Origin: an uncultured Candidatus Saccharibacteria bacterium
GTDB taxonomy: Bacteria; Patescibacteriota; Minisyncoccia; Phycocordibacterales; JACOZG01
NCBI GenBank assembly: GCA_964567425.1
Contig: CAZMMP010000001.1
Location: 1-34,572 of the forward strand
Reading direction: 5' to 3'
DNA: 34,572 nucleotides
The position numbers were made by a program, and so were the translations under genes. This document shows positions 34,234 to 34,572 of the stretch, in pieces (within the stretch, counting starts at the first letter, position 1; each line of letters starts with the position of its first letter). The notes under the pieces are model-generated. The model worked only from the letters and a program-made list of their open reading frames with translations. It was not told the DNA's origin and did not search any database.

Positions 34234-34241
34234 GAGGCGTC

Positions 34242-34436
34242 TTAGCGACGAGTACCTCGGTTCATCCCGGAGGCTTTGCCGCCCTTGCGGCCGGCGCGGC
34301 GCGCTTCCTCCGAGTCAAACTCGTGGGCCGTGCCCTTGGCATGAGCGGCTTTGCCGCCCAGCGAAGCGATACGGCTGCGCTCGTCCGGAGACATACTCGC
34401 GAAGCCACGTCGACTGCCATTGTTGGTGTTAGCCAT
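34242..34436 (-). CDS. KGG-repeat general stress protein, second copy (convergent)
   Basis: RRGFASMSPDERSRIASLGGKAAHAKGTAHEFDSEEARRAGRKGG. Confidence 0.8.
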   Translation of the reverse strand: MANTNNGSRRGFASMSPDERSRIASLGGKAAHAKGTAHEFDSEEARRAGRKGGKASGMNRGTRR

Positions 34437-34572
34437 AGGTCCGATAGGGTGAGCAGATTAATGAGCTGATAATCACTCGACCGCCTTCAGACTAGCGTAA
34501 GAGCATTAACTTTTAGTTAACGGTTTGCTGGTGGTTAAATAATCTGCTGCGCCAAACCATACCGCACCGCCT

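Noticed and set aside
34178-34491. The KGG gene flanked by inverted CTGAAGGCG cores as a mobile or invertible cassette.
   Set aside because: The repeats are only 9-10 nt outside the terminator stem. There is no recombinase, target-site duplication or other mobile-element hallmark. It is retained only as a low-weight note within the KGG finding.

Overview
Gene-dense, moderately GC-rich bacterial chromosomal segment made up almost entirely of housekeeping genes. There is no rRNA, tRNA, CRISPR array, transposase, integrase or recognisable defence gene.

Gene blocks:
- Compact dcw block on the minus strand: mraZ-rsmH-ftsL-ftsI-murF, with murF running off the left edge.
- Long minus-strand block: proS-mreB-mreC-mreD-mrdA, then greA-lysS and an orphan membrane-fusion protein.
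- frr-rseP.
- A second mreB paralog coupled to a holB-like gene.
- priA-def-fmt on the plus strand.
- Lower-glycolysis cluster: DUF457-like gene, ppsA, pyk, hpf and a cyclophilin on the minus strand, diverging from eno-gpmA on the plus strand.
- uppP, and a DUF167 (yggU-like) gene.
- Two tandem OmpR-type response regulators and two convergent KGG-repeat stress proteins.

ATGA/TAATG start-stop overlaps are common and several enzymes are shortened: MurF lacks domain 1, ProRS lacks the INS domain, the holB-like protein lacks a P-loop, and Fmt is short. This suggests a streamlined genome, possibly Patescibacteria/CPR-like. That assignment is inference only.

I did not find a clear novel multi-gene system. 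The observations most worth following up are:
1. At least ten operon-first genes have a -10 box 6-8 nt from the start codon and no SD, so they look leaderless. A few AT-richer orphan genes instead carry TTGAC(A/G) -35 boxes and strong AGGAG sites.
2. The PriA homolog has Walker A, Walker B and motif VI replaced, but keeps all eight zinc-binding cysteines.
3. An orphan plus-strand gene has a broken reading frame and sits behind a promoter overlapped by a perfect 7-1-7 palindrome.
4. Two orphan membrane proteins lie beside the second mreB. One has an HTH-TM (RodZ-like) topology.
5. A phased GTGG(G/A) box array overlaps the mraZ promoter.
6. An unassigned, hairpin-dense ~250-nt unit lies between the yggU terminator and the uppP promoter.
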